64,000 nt of DNA, from the IMG/VR virus record IMGVR_UViG_3300025128_000017, positions 32,158-96,157 of that record; one strand, given 5' to 3'. This DNA comes from a virus. Made by a program: the position numbers and the translations under genes. The notes beneath the pieces were generated by a model that worked only from the letters and a program-made list of their open reading frames with translations, ran no database searches and was not told the DNA's origin. Numbering within the stretch: position 1 is the stretch's first letter; the number at the start of each line of letters is the position of its first letter. Shown one piece after another: positions 48,501 to 56,408 of this stretch.

Positions 48501-49010
48501 GGGGAATTGTATGATGATAATTATCCATTAACATTAGCCAAAAGTTTAGAAAAATATTGGCAACCTGCGTTTCGTCAAATGTGGAAAGCAGAAAAAAAGA
48601 AACGCCTTACATCTAAAGTTGATATGAATATGCCGAGTAAACCTAACGATAAAAAAATTGAAGTTGAAAGTGCAGGTATTATTGATGCTGATGATGAATC
48701 TAGGATAATGAAACCAAAAAGAGAGCAGATGTTAAAAACATTAGAATTGATAGCAAGGGCATTAGACGTTTTAGAAAAAGGGCACAGTAATATGGCTGGT
48801 AGAGGGCTAGGGATTGACGTAGGGGCACAGATAGAAAGTCCTCGTGGTCCTACTCGTTTAACGTCTGAAGAAAGTATGCCTGACTGGGATATGAAAGAAA
48901 GACCCACTGAAGATATGGAAAAACCTGAAAAATATCCCGGTAGAGACAAAAAAATGAAGATTTCTGAAGAAAATCATGAAGAAATAGAAGAAGACTTAGA
49001 CACTTATTGA
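42579..49010 (+). CDS. Giant head-region protein with degenerate ATP-dependent DNA ligase domain
   Basis: EWVASIQEDGKR, SDVMHYDG.D...L..RDR..LL, S.Y..G...KW. Confidence 0.75.
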   Translation: MQENDIEIYLRHRNDFLKSILQYEDYDDELLSLSNTIINLQNKNISFTKSWIDEYCLKMASEIRPDYIIKEKINLENLPIDNISIKDLVNSNPNLSNNEILAKLKEMRSQRNPPFKTNFDDDDILMRINDIRFKKSKLNPTQWIEQGNPPPTKRVVNEVSREEDYGRMKGNVKGRQSAADEANFRNIDEYLLDEGRSLSESASLWPTTKSGISHFFDNNNPMVEQHPVNGLPRHLDTSIRYVLSGEADKVKKAVEEHYEHHKKSKNPVVSGVVKPTGLGTNIKNVNTDEDKVQKNEIYHPFIGETSQNGGLNGSQLHAKSLEQFKMNNLDTEFDGRELDNLFEGTKKVSEMSDDEILKTHLMTWAEKSKSKDFIKPDKTYKEYLAAQGLGESEITKKVEDELRQDYVANGKQWPEDVKEQIAIVQNRLGEMHGDNHYHGVGFLTHALGIEFLSPQDRTTVFNHLMEHGTDNADKQVIQLSDGKLNMSYLKTQMMSRVIPALNHSQRAPNFAGPNLSAKFEDEKLKFKDKSRTLGFANHLLDNLIFTHDDARHPNYDEFNKGVMSQYLMDELGHDICRQDAENALTGDNNLSLSDLLEHHGINGYYQNGKMKKFTTENSFNQKYKDGRNLDGETWGQVALREKRAAVENNAIKWPSLSKTGIEFGNLNKKHIKEILNWADYYRKLDKTPAEMNLSEKTGKASPLWSAYTNWAEGKKAPHRNLNENAHANEVMERSGNKWKWNDMVNFLGFNEKTNEDGSITYSERGKHDMLPLRNTPYFTNKEMQAVKEHYEHSRSLSNKSKNIRNISKPFRIGSNGIRKEDLPKSEDGITEYGVDKGFLTSEKDENKLEGLGRMFHDIYDTRGGHGISDTQFLSILHDHHAHYVNKNAKVGEVYSKSIFGEKRRQSLDDINEQGKSQSFSSTLSPLMHNEKITGLISFLLPSNLPAGARIHKGVKDIMSLHGSSSIRTRKDENGNVTLSPGLNDKNDTDRISARHPDVINQGKRRDKFGDIDGGDAYFINTHGKNPHVLHDPYVVSNRVNSFISDGKINNLSKIKQILGMSHAMSHRGSDIVSDIRQKNDIGDFWGFDFGLHNNGKPNTFLKSKDILSPENIKKLKINTDIDESQLRELLALSTKVGRKEFADEIHDFTQSPINNQEIQQGTVEDIGSLLEQLKGEKLELETRRDSAGLSYEKFGSTQQDYDKGPLNDFSRTSAIYKPLNTSEKNRLKELDEEINHVQNQLNVIEDKHYSNSFSAEKNRFDHEEEGRVRDEHAKLDFAKEHLLPKVLENFPDAFNADVVGAHQVKINMAQLLHDAEIGLLTVPHKVHNLKSYGSVIGESESQTMQQLSKTGKGHHDDIQKIMSQHGVGLNDFGNDEYGNSNLTAQNLVEKLGLELNPDNLMYAQQLINSHIGKNNKVMTLGQLLSKHPNLSKIPKLDENGEQMIDENGEQIYEDTWDKTNNSKERQELLASHYRKASQAVPPTLEKIPKRDEFGNLVKDEEGNMVFDMQPKKISRGKLATGGSFDLHPNPTKVRNEHYRTHPIYNHIRDIHKKMNISPKSAQFDSLKNDYGLVYEKNGEIGSGMNVGKKQHKDNLHNMLDSVIVYDADYDEKLANPTDEKTITRPSFSQGEVEIHPHHEQKGRTLSTVYTGGGIAPIASTMTNSQANFAFNFTKGGNINIGNYATPRAHVPPPAGVYPYILGEEQHQMNTNVVLGDQTSAQIHENPQTSSQSDELVYADISHVAKAELPIEMPLIEPLHKIFKITDIEQLRGFTGEWVASIQEDGKRLKVKRTGNRITLTDGNAQRVDSYSEMDKYFRKITSKNYVIDVIMNDEGIFISDVMHYDGTDVTDLDTRDRMKLLRGQFESHNFIHVLGPSTLKITDEDGLENAVKDLLSDNKDKKILLRDAKSTYMKGEEKHPKWIMMTKSYDDYHIPFDMEIENEQFILHFADDIVKYDILDDGVLLDVLNPKSMLGELYDDNYPLTLAKSLEKYWQPAFRQMWKAEKKKRLTSKVDMNMPSKPNDKKIEVESAGIIDADDESRIMKPKREQMLKTLELIARALDVLEKGHSNMAGRGLGIDVGAQIESPRGPTRLTSEESMPDWDMKERPTEDMEKPEKYPGRDKKMKISEENHEEIEEDLDTY

Positions 49011-49053
49011 ACCGTTTCATATAAGTATCATAACAAACCAAACAGGAATTAGT

Positions 49054-50409
49054 GTGCAGCCGAGACTCCAGTACAAACCTTCTGATGAACCTATCAGTTT
49101 GCTTAAAGCAGGGAATGAACTCATTGTTGCAGGATATGCCAGTGTTGAACTGGTAGACAAGCAAGGGGACTTAATAACACAGGGAGCGTTAAAAGACGGA
49201 TTTACAAAATTCATGCAAAATCCATCATATAGAAACGTACAGTTAGCACATTCAAATATACAAGTAGGAGATGTCATTCCAAATTATACGGATAGCGAAG
49301 GGAGGTTGTGGAAAAGCGAAGTTGACGATGTCGGAATGTTTGTTGTAATAAAACTACGTGACGACATTGAAAAAGCCAAAGAAGTCGCTGCCGAAATACG
49401 AAAAGGTGCTTTACGTGGCTTTAGTATCGGTGGACAGGCATTCAAGAGAGTCAGAAAATCAGACCCTAAACATGGCGATTATCAAGAAATCAGTAAACTC
49501 GAACTCCATGAAATCACAATTTGTGAAAAAGGAATAAACCCGGAAGCAACATTCAGAATATTAAAGGAAGATAAACAAGAAGAAAAAAACAAGGTGAATA
49601 AAATGACAGAAGATGATACAATGAACCAGATGACCGACGTGCTCTCTCGATTAGAGTCACGTCTTGACTCAATGGAAAAAGGAGAAAAACCTGCTTTCCT
49701 TGAAGATAAAAAAGATGAAAGCAAGGATGAAAAAGCAGAATCGAAAGATGATAAGAAAAAATCTGATACAGAATATTCTGATGTTATTACATCCGACTAC
49801 CTAAACTGGATGGAAGATACTCTAAAGAGTGCAGGAGTAGACACAATGGCTGCTCGTGCTCACTTTGATGGTGATTCAGTTGCAAAACAAAACATGGGTT
49901 CAACGCCCGGTGAATTACAAGGTAGTGACGTAACTAATGGTGGACAAGCACCTCTACGTCAACAAGAAGGAGGAAATCCATCTACAGGAGCAATCCCTAA
50001 ACTCAACAGCGGTGGAGATGTAAAGAAATCAGATTTCTTGAATCCTACAGATTTAGATGCATCTGATGTAGAAGCAGCATATGAAGTTTACAAAGCAGCG
50101 GCTCTTGAACAAGAATTCCGCAGCAGTTTGGAAAACGATTTTGCTACAAGATACCAATCAGAACGTGCAGAAGAAATAGCAAAAGCAGAAGCAGCATCTT
50201 ACGATGCTCGTGGTCCTTTAGATGCTATTACAAAAGCAATTGCTGAACTATCAGAAAGAATTGATAGTATTGGTACACCAGCAGAAGTAGGAGAAACACT
50301 ACAAAAATCTGCTGCACCACAACATGAAGTTCCATCAACTTCTGACCTAGCACAAATGTCTTGGGATGAAGTACATCAACTCGCAGGTCGAGTCTTTGAG
50401 GGAGAGTGA
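49054..50409 (+). CDS. Prohead protease fused to scaffold
   Basis: AGYASVE.VDKQGD, H, GFSIGG, EIT.C..G.NP.A. Confidence 0.92.
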   Translation: MQPRLQYKPSDEPISLLKAGNELIVAGYASVELVDKQGDLITQGALKDGFTKFMQNPSYRNVQLAHSNIQVGDVIPNYTDSEGRLWKSEVDDVGMFVVIKLRDDIEKAKEVAAEIRKGALRGFSIGGQAFKRVRKSDPKHGDYQEISKLELHEITICEKGINPEATFRILKEDKQEEKNKVNKMTEDDTMNQMTDVLSRLESRLDSMEKGEKPAFLEDKKDESKDEKAESKDDKKKSDTEYSDVITSDYLNWMEDTLKSAGVDTMAARAHFDGDSVAKQNMGSTPGELQGSDVTNGGQAPLRQQEGGNPSTGAIPKLNSGGDVKKSDFLNPTDLDASDVEAAYEVYKAAALEQEFRSSLENDFATRYQSERAEEIAKAEAASYDARGPLDAITKAIAELSERIDSIGTPAEVGETLQKSAAPQHEVPSTSDLAQMSWDEVHQLAGRVFEGE

Positions 50410-50414
50410 ATAAA

Positions 50415-51593
50415 ATGGCAAGAAATTACGTAAGAACAATAACTGATATGGAAAGATACTATTATGGAGCAGGTAACGCAATGGGTTACTCATACTCCGG
50501 TAGCGAATTACTGAAGGCTGACAGCCCAATGTTGTCCACAACTGCTGGTACATACCAAGCAATTTATGGACGCAAAGTGTGGTCACAATTGAACCAAGAG
50601 TTCAACGCTTTCTCAATTCTACCAAAGAAACCTTGGGATAGGTCAGGATGGCGTGTTATAACTGGCAAGCCTTCAGATGCTACCACTGGTTCATTACTTG
50701 GTGGAGTTGCAGAAAACGCAACATTACCTGACACACAAAGGCCAACATTCCAGCACATAGCAGCAAAACCAAAGACAATCGCTCATACATTCGATATGTC
50801 TGAAACTGCTATCTTCCTTGCTGACAAGGATGACGGAATGGGAGATATACGCTCAGTTCTTAAAGAAGAAATGGGTAAACATCACGCAGAATCTATTAAC
50901 AAAATGTTGTTAGACAAAGTAGACAATACAGCAGGTAACAATTTTGAGTCACTTGACAGAATTACAGCAGCACATAATGATGACGCTAATTCAAAAACCG
51001 GATTAGATGCAGACCATAATGTTCTTTCAGCAACCAGTAACTTAGATATATACAGTATTGGTAGAGAAGCAAATAGGTCTTGGGCTAATGCTGAAATGAG
51101 TAACAATATTGTTAGCGATACAGCAACTGACAGAGTTCTATCACTAGATGTCTTGGATGATATATTCCAAAGACTTTGGGTACGTGGTGGAAATCCAAAA
51201 GTTATACTAACTGGATATGATACATTGATGAGATTACAACAACTATTACAATCTCAACAAAGATTCATGGAAGAGAAGAGAGTTACACCTACTTACAATG
51301 GAGTAAAGGGTGTACCCGGTATCGAGGCTGGATTCATCGTAGCAACATACAACGGTGTCCCAATCATCCCATCTAAAGATGTGGCAAAAGACACAATTGC
51401 TAGAATGTATTTACTAGATACAGATTACCTACACTTCAGTACAGCAATACCAACACAATACTTTGAGTCTGGTATAGAGACAGGAGACCCATTCGCAATA
51501 AACAGACTAGGACAGGAAGGACTTTACCGAACAATGGGTGAAATTTGGACGACTTTCTTTGGAGCACAAGGACAGGTGAGAGACCTTAAGTAA
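50415..51593 (+). CDS. Major capsid protein (HK97 fold)
   Basis: Position after protease; GGVAENA.LP, YNGVPIIPSKDV, YRTMGE. Confidence 0.92.
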   Translation: MARNYVRTITDMERYYYGAGNAMGYSYSGSELLKADSPMLSTTAGTYQAIYGRKVWSQLNQEFNAFSILPKKPWDRSGWRVITGKPSDATTGSLLGGVAENATLPDTQRPTFQHIAAKPKTIAHTFDMSETAIFLADKDDGMGDIRSVLKEEMGKHHAESINKMLLDKVDNTAGNNFESLDRITAAHNDDANSKTGLDADHNVLSATSNLDIYSIGREANRSWANAEMSNNIVSDTATDRVLSLDVLDDIFQRLWVRGGNPKVILTGYDTLMRLQQLLQSQQRFMEEKRVTPTYNGVKGVPGIEAGFIVATYNGVPIIPSKDVAKDTIARMYLLDTDYLHFSTAIPTQYFESGIETGDPFAINRLGQEGLYRTMGEIWTTFFGAQGQVRDLK

Positions 51594-51625
51594 GGTTTTT
51601 GTGGAGATTAATGGAGGAATAAATT

Positions 51626-52111
51626 ATGGTAGCAACAACAACAATAACTGAAAAAGGATTAAGCATAAAAGTAGCAGACAGCGACTTCACATTGGTGGAC
51701 ATACTGGCTGATATAGACATGAGAACTGGTACACCAGTAGACGAGACTGGCTGGCTAAATGGAAACAGCGGAGGTTCATACCCCGGTACATTAGCAGGTT
51801 TCAATGCAAAGAATGCAGATGGAAACGCAGTAGGCAGTTTGAGAATGGTAACATTCACTTGTAACGTCGTACAAGCGGCAACAGTAGAACCTCTACTGTT
51901 CTCTGCCGGAGCATCAAAGATTCTAGGAATCGTAGGATATGCCTCAGCAACCGCTGCTAAGGACATAACTGTAACAATGACCAACACTGGACTTGTAGGA
52001 GCAGACGATGCAACAGCACCACTAGCAACAGGTGGTTCACTACCTTGTCTAATCATAGACTCTGAAGGTGCAAACCAAGTAGTACAAGTAACGGTGCTAT
52101 TATTGAACTGA
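51626..52111 (+). CDS. Putative capsid decoration protein
   Basis: Beta-rich, directly after MCP with strong GGAGG RBS. Confidence 0.55.
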   Translation: MVATTTITEKGLSIKVADSDFTLVDILADIDMRTGTPVDETGWLNGNSGGSYPGTLAGFNAKNADGNAVGSLRMVTFTCNVVQAATVEPLLFSAGASKILGIVGYASATAAKDITVTMTNTGLVGADDATAPLATGGSLPCLIIDSEGANQVVQVTVLLLN

Positions 52112-52122
52112 GATGATTCTTC

Positions 52123-52500
52123 ATGCCACAAGTAAAATACATAGGAAAATACCACAGCAGTCCTCCACCGAGAGGATTGACATACACAGTGTATCGTGGT
52201 ATATCTTACCAAGTTAGCCAAAAGTGGGTTGACGAGTTTGGTAGTAGTTTAAATGAAAACTACGTAATTACAGGTGCAGAAGCAAAGACCGTTGATAAAT
52301 TAAATGATGGAATACCTGACTCCGGTTGGAGAATAGGAGACATTAAGAAATGGTTGAAAGCAGAAGGAGTTTCTTTCGGTGCTGGTTACAGGACAAAAGG
52401 TGCATTATTGGGTTTAGTTGAGGAACATCTAAATCCAGCACCACCTGTGGTCGAAACAGAAGAAACCACTGAAGTGGTAGAAGAACAAACAATGGAGTGA
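52123..52500 (+). CDS. HeH/Rho-N-like domain virion protein
   Basis: WRIGDIKKWLKAEGV...TKGALLGLV. Confidence 0.55.
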   Translation: MPQVKYIGKYHSSPPPRGLTYTVYRGISYQVSQKWVDEFGSSLNENYVITGAEAKTVDKLNDGIPDSGWRIGDIKKWLKAEGVSFGAGYRTKGALLGLVEEHLNPAPPVVETEETTEVVEEQTME

Positions 52501-52506
52501 TAAATT

Positions 52507-52773
52507 ATGGCAATAACAGTAACAATTGATGATAGACCAGCAGTATTAGGAAACATGTACATGGTAACAGGAACATATACAATAAGTGGCGGTGTAGCAA
52601 CAGGTGCAGTAGACCTAAGCAGTCAACTAAGTAGTATCTTATCCGTCACCGTTAATCCATCAGCAGCAGATATGTGTCATGCACATTTTGCTAACAGTGG
52701 AGATACAACTTTCGATATAGTGCATGCAGGTAACAACAAAAGTGGTAGATTTACAGCAATAGGACAACGCTAA
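52507..52773 (+). CDS. Small beta-rich structural protein
   Basis: Composition and position. Confidence 0.55.
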   Translation: MAITVTIDDRPAVLGNMYMVTGTYTISGGVATGAVDLSSQLSSILSVTVNPSAADMCHAHFANSGDTTFDIVHAGNNKSGRFTAIGQR

Positions 52774-52786
52774 GGCGGTGTTTTAG

Positions 52787-52999
52787 ATGGCAGTTAGTCC
52801 TAAAATACAAGTAATTGGACCTTTCTCGCCAGCGGATTTTTCGCCAAATAATCTTGGTGCATACAATACCGCTGGTAGTGTGAGTAAAGCAATGACAGAT
52901 GCGGCAGCATCTACACCCGGCTCTACATTAGTAGCAGTAGAACCGATTACTGTTTTAGGTAACGTATATCTAATATTATCTTTAACAGGCAACGCATGA
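52787..52999 (+). CDS. Small structural protein
   Basis: GGCGGTG RBS, co-oriented. Confidence 0.5.
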   Translation: MAVSPKIQVIGPFSPADFSPNNLGAYNTAGSVSKAMTDAAASTPGSTLVAVEPITVLGNVYLILSLTGNA

Positions 53000-53014
53000 G
53001 AGTGAGGGATATGA

Positions 53015-53314
53015 ATGGGTTTCGATGTTAGAACATTAGAAATTGACGATATATCGAGAGCACAGAAACAAAACGTTAGAGTTGATACCGCTTATGATAG
53101 CGGTTCAGTTTTTGATGAGGCAAATCCATTAAAGGGAGTCACAAGAAATCAGCGAGCGAGAACAGAAAATGTTGGCGATGTTTTGAATATAGGTGCAGGG
53201 ACTAGATGTACATACTGTGGTATGCTTCATTTTATGTGGAGAGCAGATTGTGGGGCTTGTGGCAAACCGATGGAATTTAACAAAGGGCATAGAGATGAGG
53301 TGAATAGATTATGA
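53015..53314 (+). CDS. Zn-ribbon protein
   Basis: CTYC...CGAC. Confidence 0.65.
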   Translation: MGFDVRTLEIDDISRAQKQNVRVDTAYDSGSVFDEANPLKGVTRNQRARTENVGDVLNIGAGTRCTYCGMLHFMWRADCGACGKPMEFNKGHRDEVNRL

Positions 53315-54042
53315 ATGATATATTTGATTTAACTTGGGATTTTATGAAAGCAAGAAAACAAAGAGATTATTATAAACACCAAAAAATAGCCATGCCACCG
53401 GGTATGAAATTGATGGACCACAAAGGTAAATCACATGGAACATTAGGTAAAAAACATGTTGGTAAAGATAGTTTGTCTTTATCACAATATATAAATTCTT
53501 TAGCACATAGAATGCATGGTAGTAAAGATGCAGATACTAAGAATAAATTGGTGAGTAGTATGATGTTAAACGCTGTTAGCCCAGAAAATCCATATAATTT
53601 AAAATTCCTTGCAGACCATTCAAGACTAGGTAACAAAATGGCTATGAATCCATTAGCAGTTAATAATGACGGTCATCACGTTTCAGGACCTAATGGAGAC
53701 CATGCACATCATGACAAATTTACTGATATGTATCCGCAACATCATTTTAATGAGGATGGGCAAGCAGCACAAATGAAGCAGAAACCATCTCATGAACCTC
53801 AACCTGAACCTCAACCTGAACCTATGCCTGAGCCTATGGCTCAACCCATGAGTCATTCAGAAATGGTTCGACAAGCGATAGATGCAGTAGGACCTGACCA
53901 TCAAAAAATAATGGAATATATTGGTAATATGTCAGCACAACCTCAATCTCAACCTGAACCTATGCCCGAACCTATGCCTGAACCTAGACCTCAAGTTGGA
54001 GTTACGGGGCAAACCAGTCTCCAAGATTTTGGGTTTAATTAA
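53311..54042 (+). CDS. Tagged His/Pro-rich protein
   Basis: IFDLTWDFMKA; PEPQ/PEPM repeats. Confidence 0.7.
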   Translation: MNDIFDLTWDFMKARKQRDYYKHQKIAMPPGMKLMDHKGKSHGTLGKKHVGKDSLSLSQYINSLAHRMHGSKDADTKNKLVSSMMLNAVSPENPYNLKFLADHSRLGNKMAMNPLAVNNDGHHVSGPNGDHAHHDKFTDMYPQHHFNEDGQAAQMKQKPSHEPQPEPQPEPMPEPMAQPMSHSEMVRQAIDAVGPDHQKIMEYIGNMSAQPQSQPEPMPEPMPEPRPQVGVTGQTSLQDFGFN

Positions 54043-54057
54043 AAGTGAGTTGTATGT

Positions 54058-55623
54058 ATGCCCCAAGTATTCAATCCCGGTGAAGGCGAAACAAGACCCT
54101 TAGACCCTGATGCTATAGTATATACTACTGCACAAAAAGTAGCAGATTTGTTAGATATAGGCCCACAAGAAGCGGTGTTGATGTCTGCTAATGCAGAAGC
54201 AAATGCGGTTCTTGTTACAGGTTCTGATTACAGAGCCATAGGTTTTAGTGTAGGAGATACAATACTTATCTACAGTGATGCTGACCCTATGGGTTTAGAA
54301 CGTGTAATTACTGGTATAACTACATCAACAGGTGGTGTGAAACTAGCATTTTCGTCTGCAATTAATCCCGGTTTGTATGAAACAACAGATAACGGTTATG
54401 TGCAGAATCAAGCATCTTTTTCCGATGGTAGAACAAGAGGTCTTACTAAAACAAAAGTAGAGACTATCATAAAACGTATGCAAGACAAGATAGATAATGA
54501 AACTCATAATGCTTGGAGACCCTACCTTGTTAGTGCAGAATATATTAATTTCGATACATACAAACCTTACAGGCGTAGATACTATACAGATTACGTAGGA
54601 ACGACTCCTCTGCTTTTTAGAAATGTTCAACAAATATTGAGGCTTGAACTATGGCAAGGAGATGACTATAGAGAAATTGGTGCGGCAGAAGCACGTATAC
54701 ATATCCCTGACAGCGTACAAGCACTTTCTGGTTCTATTGTTATGTCTCCGGGTAATGGTAGTGCTGCTACACTAACTATAGGTACTGGTACTAATCAATG
54801 GAGAAGTGCTTTTGACAAAATTACTAGTGCACAAAATCTTGCAGACTTAATTAACAAAGAAAATAGAGTAAGTAAGGCTGCTATTGATTTTAGTCCTGCT
54901 TTTACACTTGAAGGTAATACCGCTAATGTTGCACTTCATAACGAATTTTATGCTTCAGCCAATTCTGATTATGGTACAGGTATAGTCAAAGTTACTAGCA
55001 TGAGAGGTACAAAAGGCGGAGAAACTTGTAGTATAGTAACTACTAATTCCAACATAAGCATTAATCAAACTACACAGGCTAATGCTACATTTAGTAGTCT
55101 TAATAGTACAACTATTACAGTAGATAGTACTAATGGTTTTGTTGATGCTGGAGTTGTTGTTGATGCTAGTGGGGATGTTTTCAGTTACACAGGAAAAACA
55201 TCGACAACTTTTACAGGATGTACAATTGTAGTTGGTAGTGATTTATCCGCTATTGGTGGTGCTCTTACTCAACATTCTTTAGTTGTAGATTTACAAGGCG
55301 GGAGTTCTAGTGGAGACCAAGGTAGGTTGAGAGATTGGTGGCTTGACCACGAAATGGGTATAATTTACTTCAACAATTCATATCCATTCTTTGAGTGGAA
55401 TGCAATTAAAACTTCTTACATCTATGGTGAAAGATATCTTGAACAGGCTATTGAAGATGCTTGTACAAAATTAGTTGCTATTGATTTATTGATGAGTGAT
55501 GATAGGAGTATACTCATACCCGAAGGTTCGCAGAATGTTGATTTAGCATCTAAAATACAACTATATAGAGCAGATGTAGATAGAACTATGGCTCGATATA
55601 AAGAGGTGGTTCTCTTTGGTTAA
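54058..55623 (+). CDS. Head-tail adaptor/neck protein with inserted beta domains
   Basis: YTT..KVA.LL N-terminus, IEDACTKLVAIDL C-terminus; position. Confidence 0.65.
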   Translation: MPQVFNPGEGETRPLDPDAIVYTTAQKVADLLDIGPQEAVLMSANAEANAVLVTGSDYRAIGFSVGDTILIYSDADPMGLERVITGITTSTGGVKLAFSSAINPGLYETTDNGYVQNQASFSDGRTRGLTKTKVETIIKRMQDKIDNETHNAWRPYLVSAEYINFDTYKPYRRRYYTDYVGTTPLLFRNVQQILRLELWQGDDYREIGAAEARIHIPDSVQALSGSIVMSPGNGSAATLTIGTGTNQWRSAFDKITSAQNLADLINKENRVSKAAIDFSPAFTLEGNTANVALHNEFYASANSDYGTGIVKVTSMRGTKGGETCSIVTTNSNISINQTTQANATFSSLNSTTITVDSTNGFVDAGVVVDASGDVFSYTGKTSTTFTGCTIVVGSDLSAIGGALTQHSLVVDLQGGSSSGDQGRLRDWWLDHEMGIIYFNNSYPFFEWNAIKTSYIYGERYLEQAIEDACTKLVAIDLLMSDDRSILIPEGSQNVDLASKIQLYRADVDRTMARYKEVVLFG

Positions 55624-55948
55624 GAGAGAAACTTTGCTCGGTAAAGAGAGTAGAGAGGAATTTGAACGTTCTCTTATTGCAGATTTTACTAAAGATAAGA
55701 AGTTTCAAAAAGAATTGAATGAAGGTTTTACACAATACCCACCTAGTCTTAGAGAAATGAAAGTTTCACAAGAAAAATATAATGACATACTGAGTGAAGA
55801 AGATATCGAACAAGTGGTTGATAAAAGAATGCTAACTGAATCACCCTTATTGAAAGAATATAAATTAAAAAAATCCGGTAAAAATATCATACCTGATTTA
55901 TATGAATACCATGTAGAAGTTAACAAAGTGATAAAGGTGAGGAAGTAA
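55616..55948 (+). CDS. Neck-region hypothetical protein
   Basis: Coupled ORF. Confidence 0.6.
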   Translation: MVKRETLLGKESREEFERSLIADFTKDKKFQKELNEGFTQYPPSLREMKVSQEKYNDILSEEDIEQVVDKRMLTESPLLKEYKLKKSGKNIIPDLYEYHVEVNKVIKVRK

Positions 55949-56397
55949 TGGTTGCAACATTCAAAGAAGGTCTCGATGTTGTAATTGATACGTTCAAGGA
56001 TAACTGGAATAGGGCTAACACAGAAAATATCAAACCTATAATTATAGATATTGCAGAAACTTCTCCAGAAAGAGGTAAGCGTATAAATTTACAAAACAGT
56101 GATTATGTCTTAGTATTTGAGACTGCACATAACGAAGAAATACCTGATATTCTTTATGATTTTGTAACCACTAGAATAAATATTACAGTTGACATTAGAA
56201 CTTCAAAAAGCAGAAAGAGACTTCAGCAAATGGAGAATGAAATTAGGAGGTGTACCCATCTAAATCGCAAAGGAGATGGGGTTAACTTCGATAGGTTAGT
56301 ATATAAAACCCGTACAGACCTGTCTGACCGGAGCAAGATGTTGTTCCGAATGACCTTTCAAATTGAGGTCGTAGTCTTTGCAGAACAAATACCATGA
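55948..56397 (+). CDS. Putative tail terminator
   Basis: 149 aa immediately before tail tube; ITVDIRT...ENEIRR pattern. Confidence 0.6.
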   Translation: MVATFKEGLDVVIDTFKDNWNRANTENIKPIIIDIAETSPERGKRINLQNSDYVLVFETAHNEEIPDILYDFVTTRINITVDIRTSKSRKRLQQMENEIRRCTHLNRKGDGVNFDRLVYKTRTDLSDRSKMLFRMTFQIEVVVFAEQIP

Positions 56398-56408
56398 GGT
56401 GAAAAATT

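Noticed and set aside
35520-54000. Short tandem DNA repeats (PPVVT, AMPPGG, DENGEQ, PEPQ coding)
   Set aside because: Ordinary in-frame low-complexity linkers
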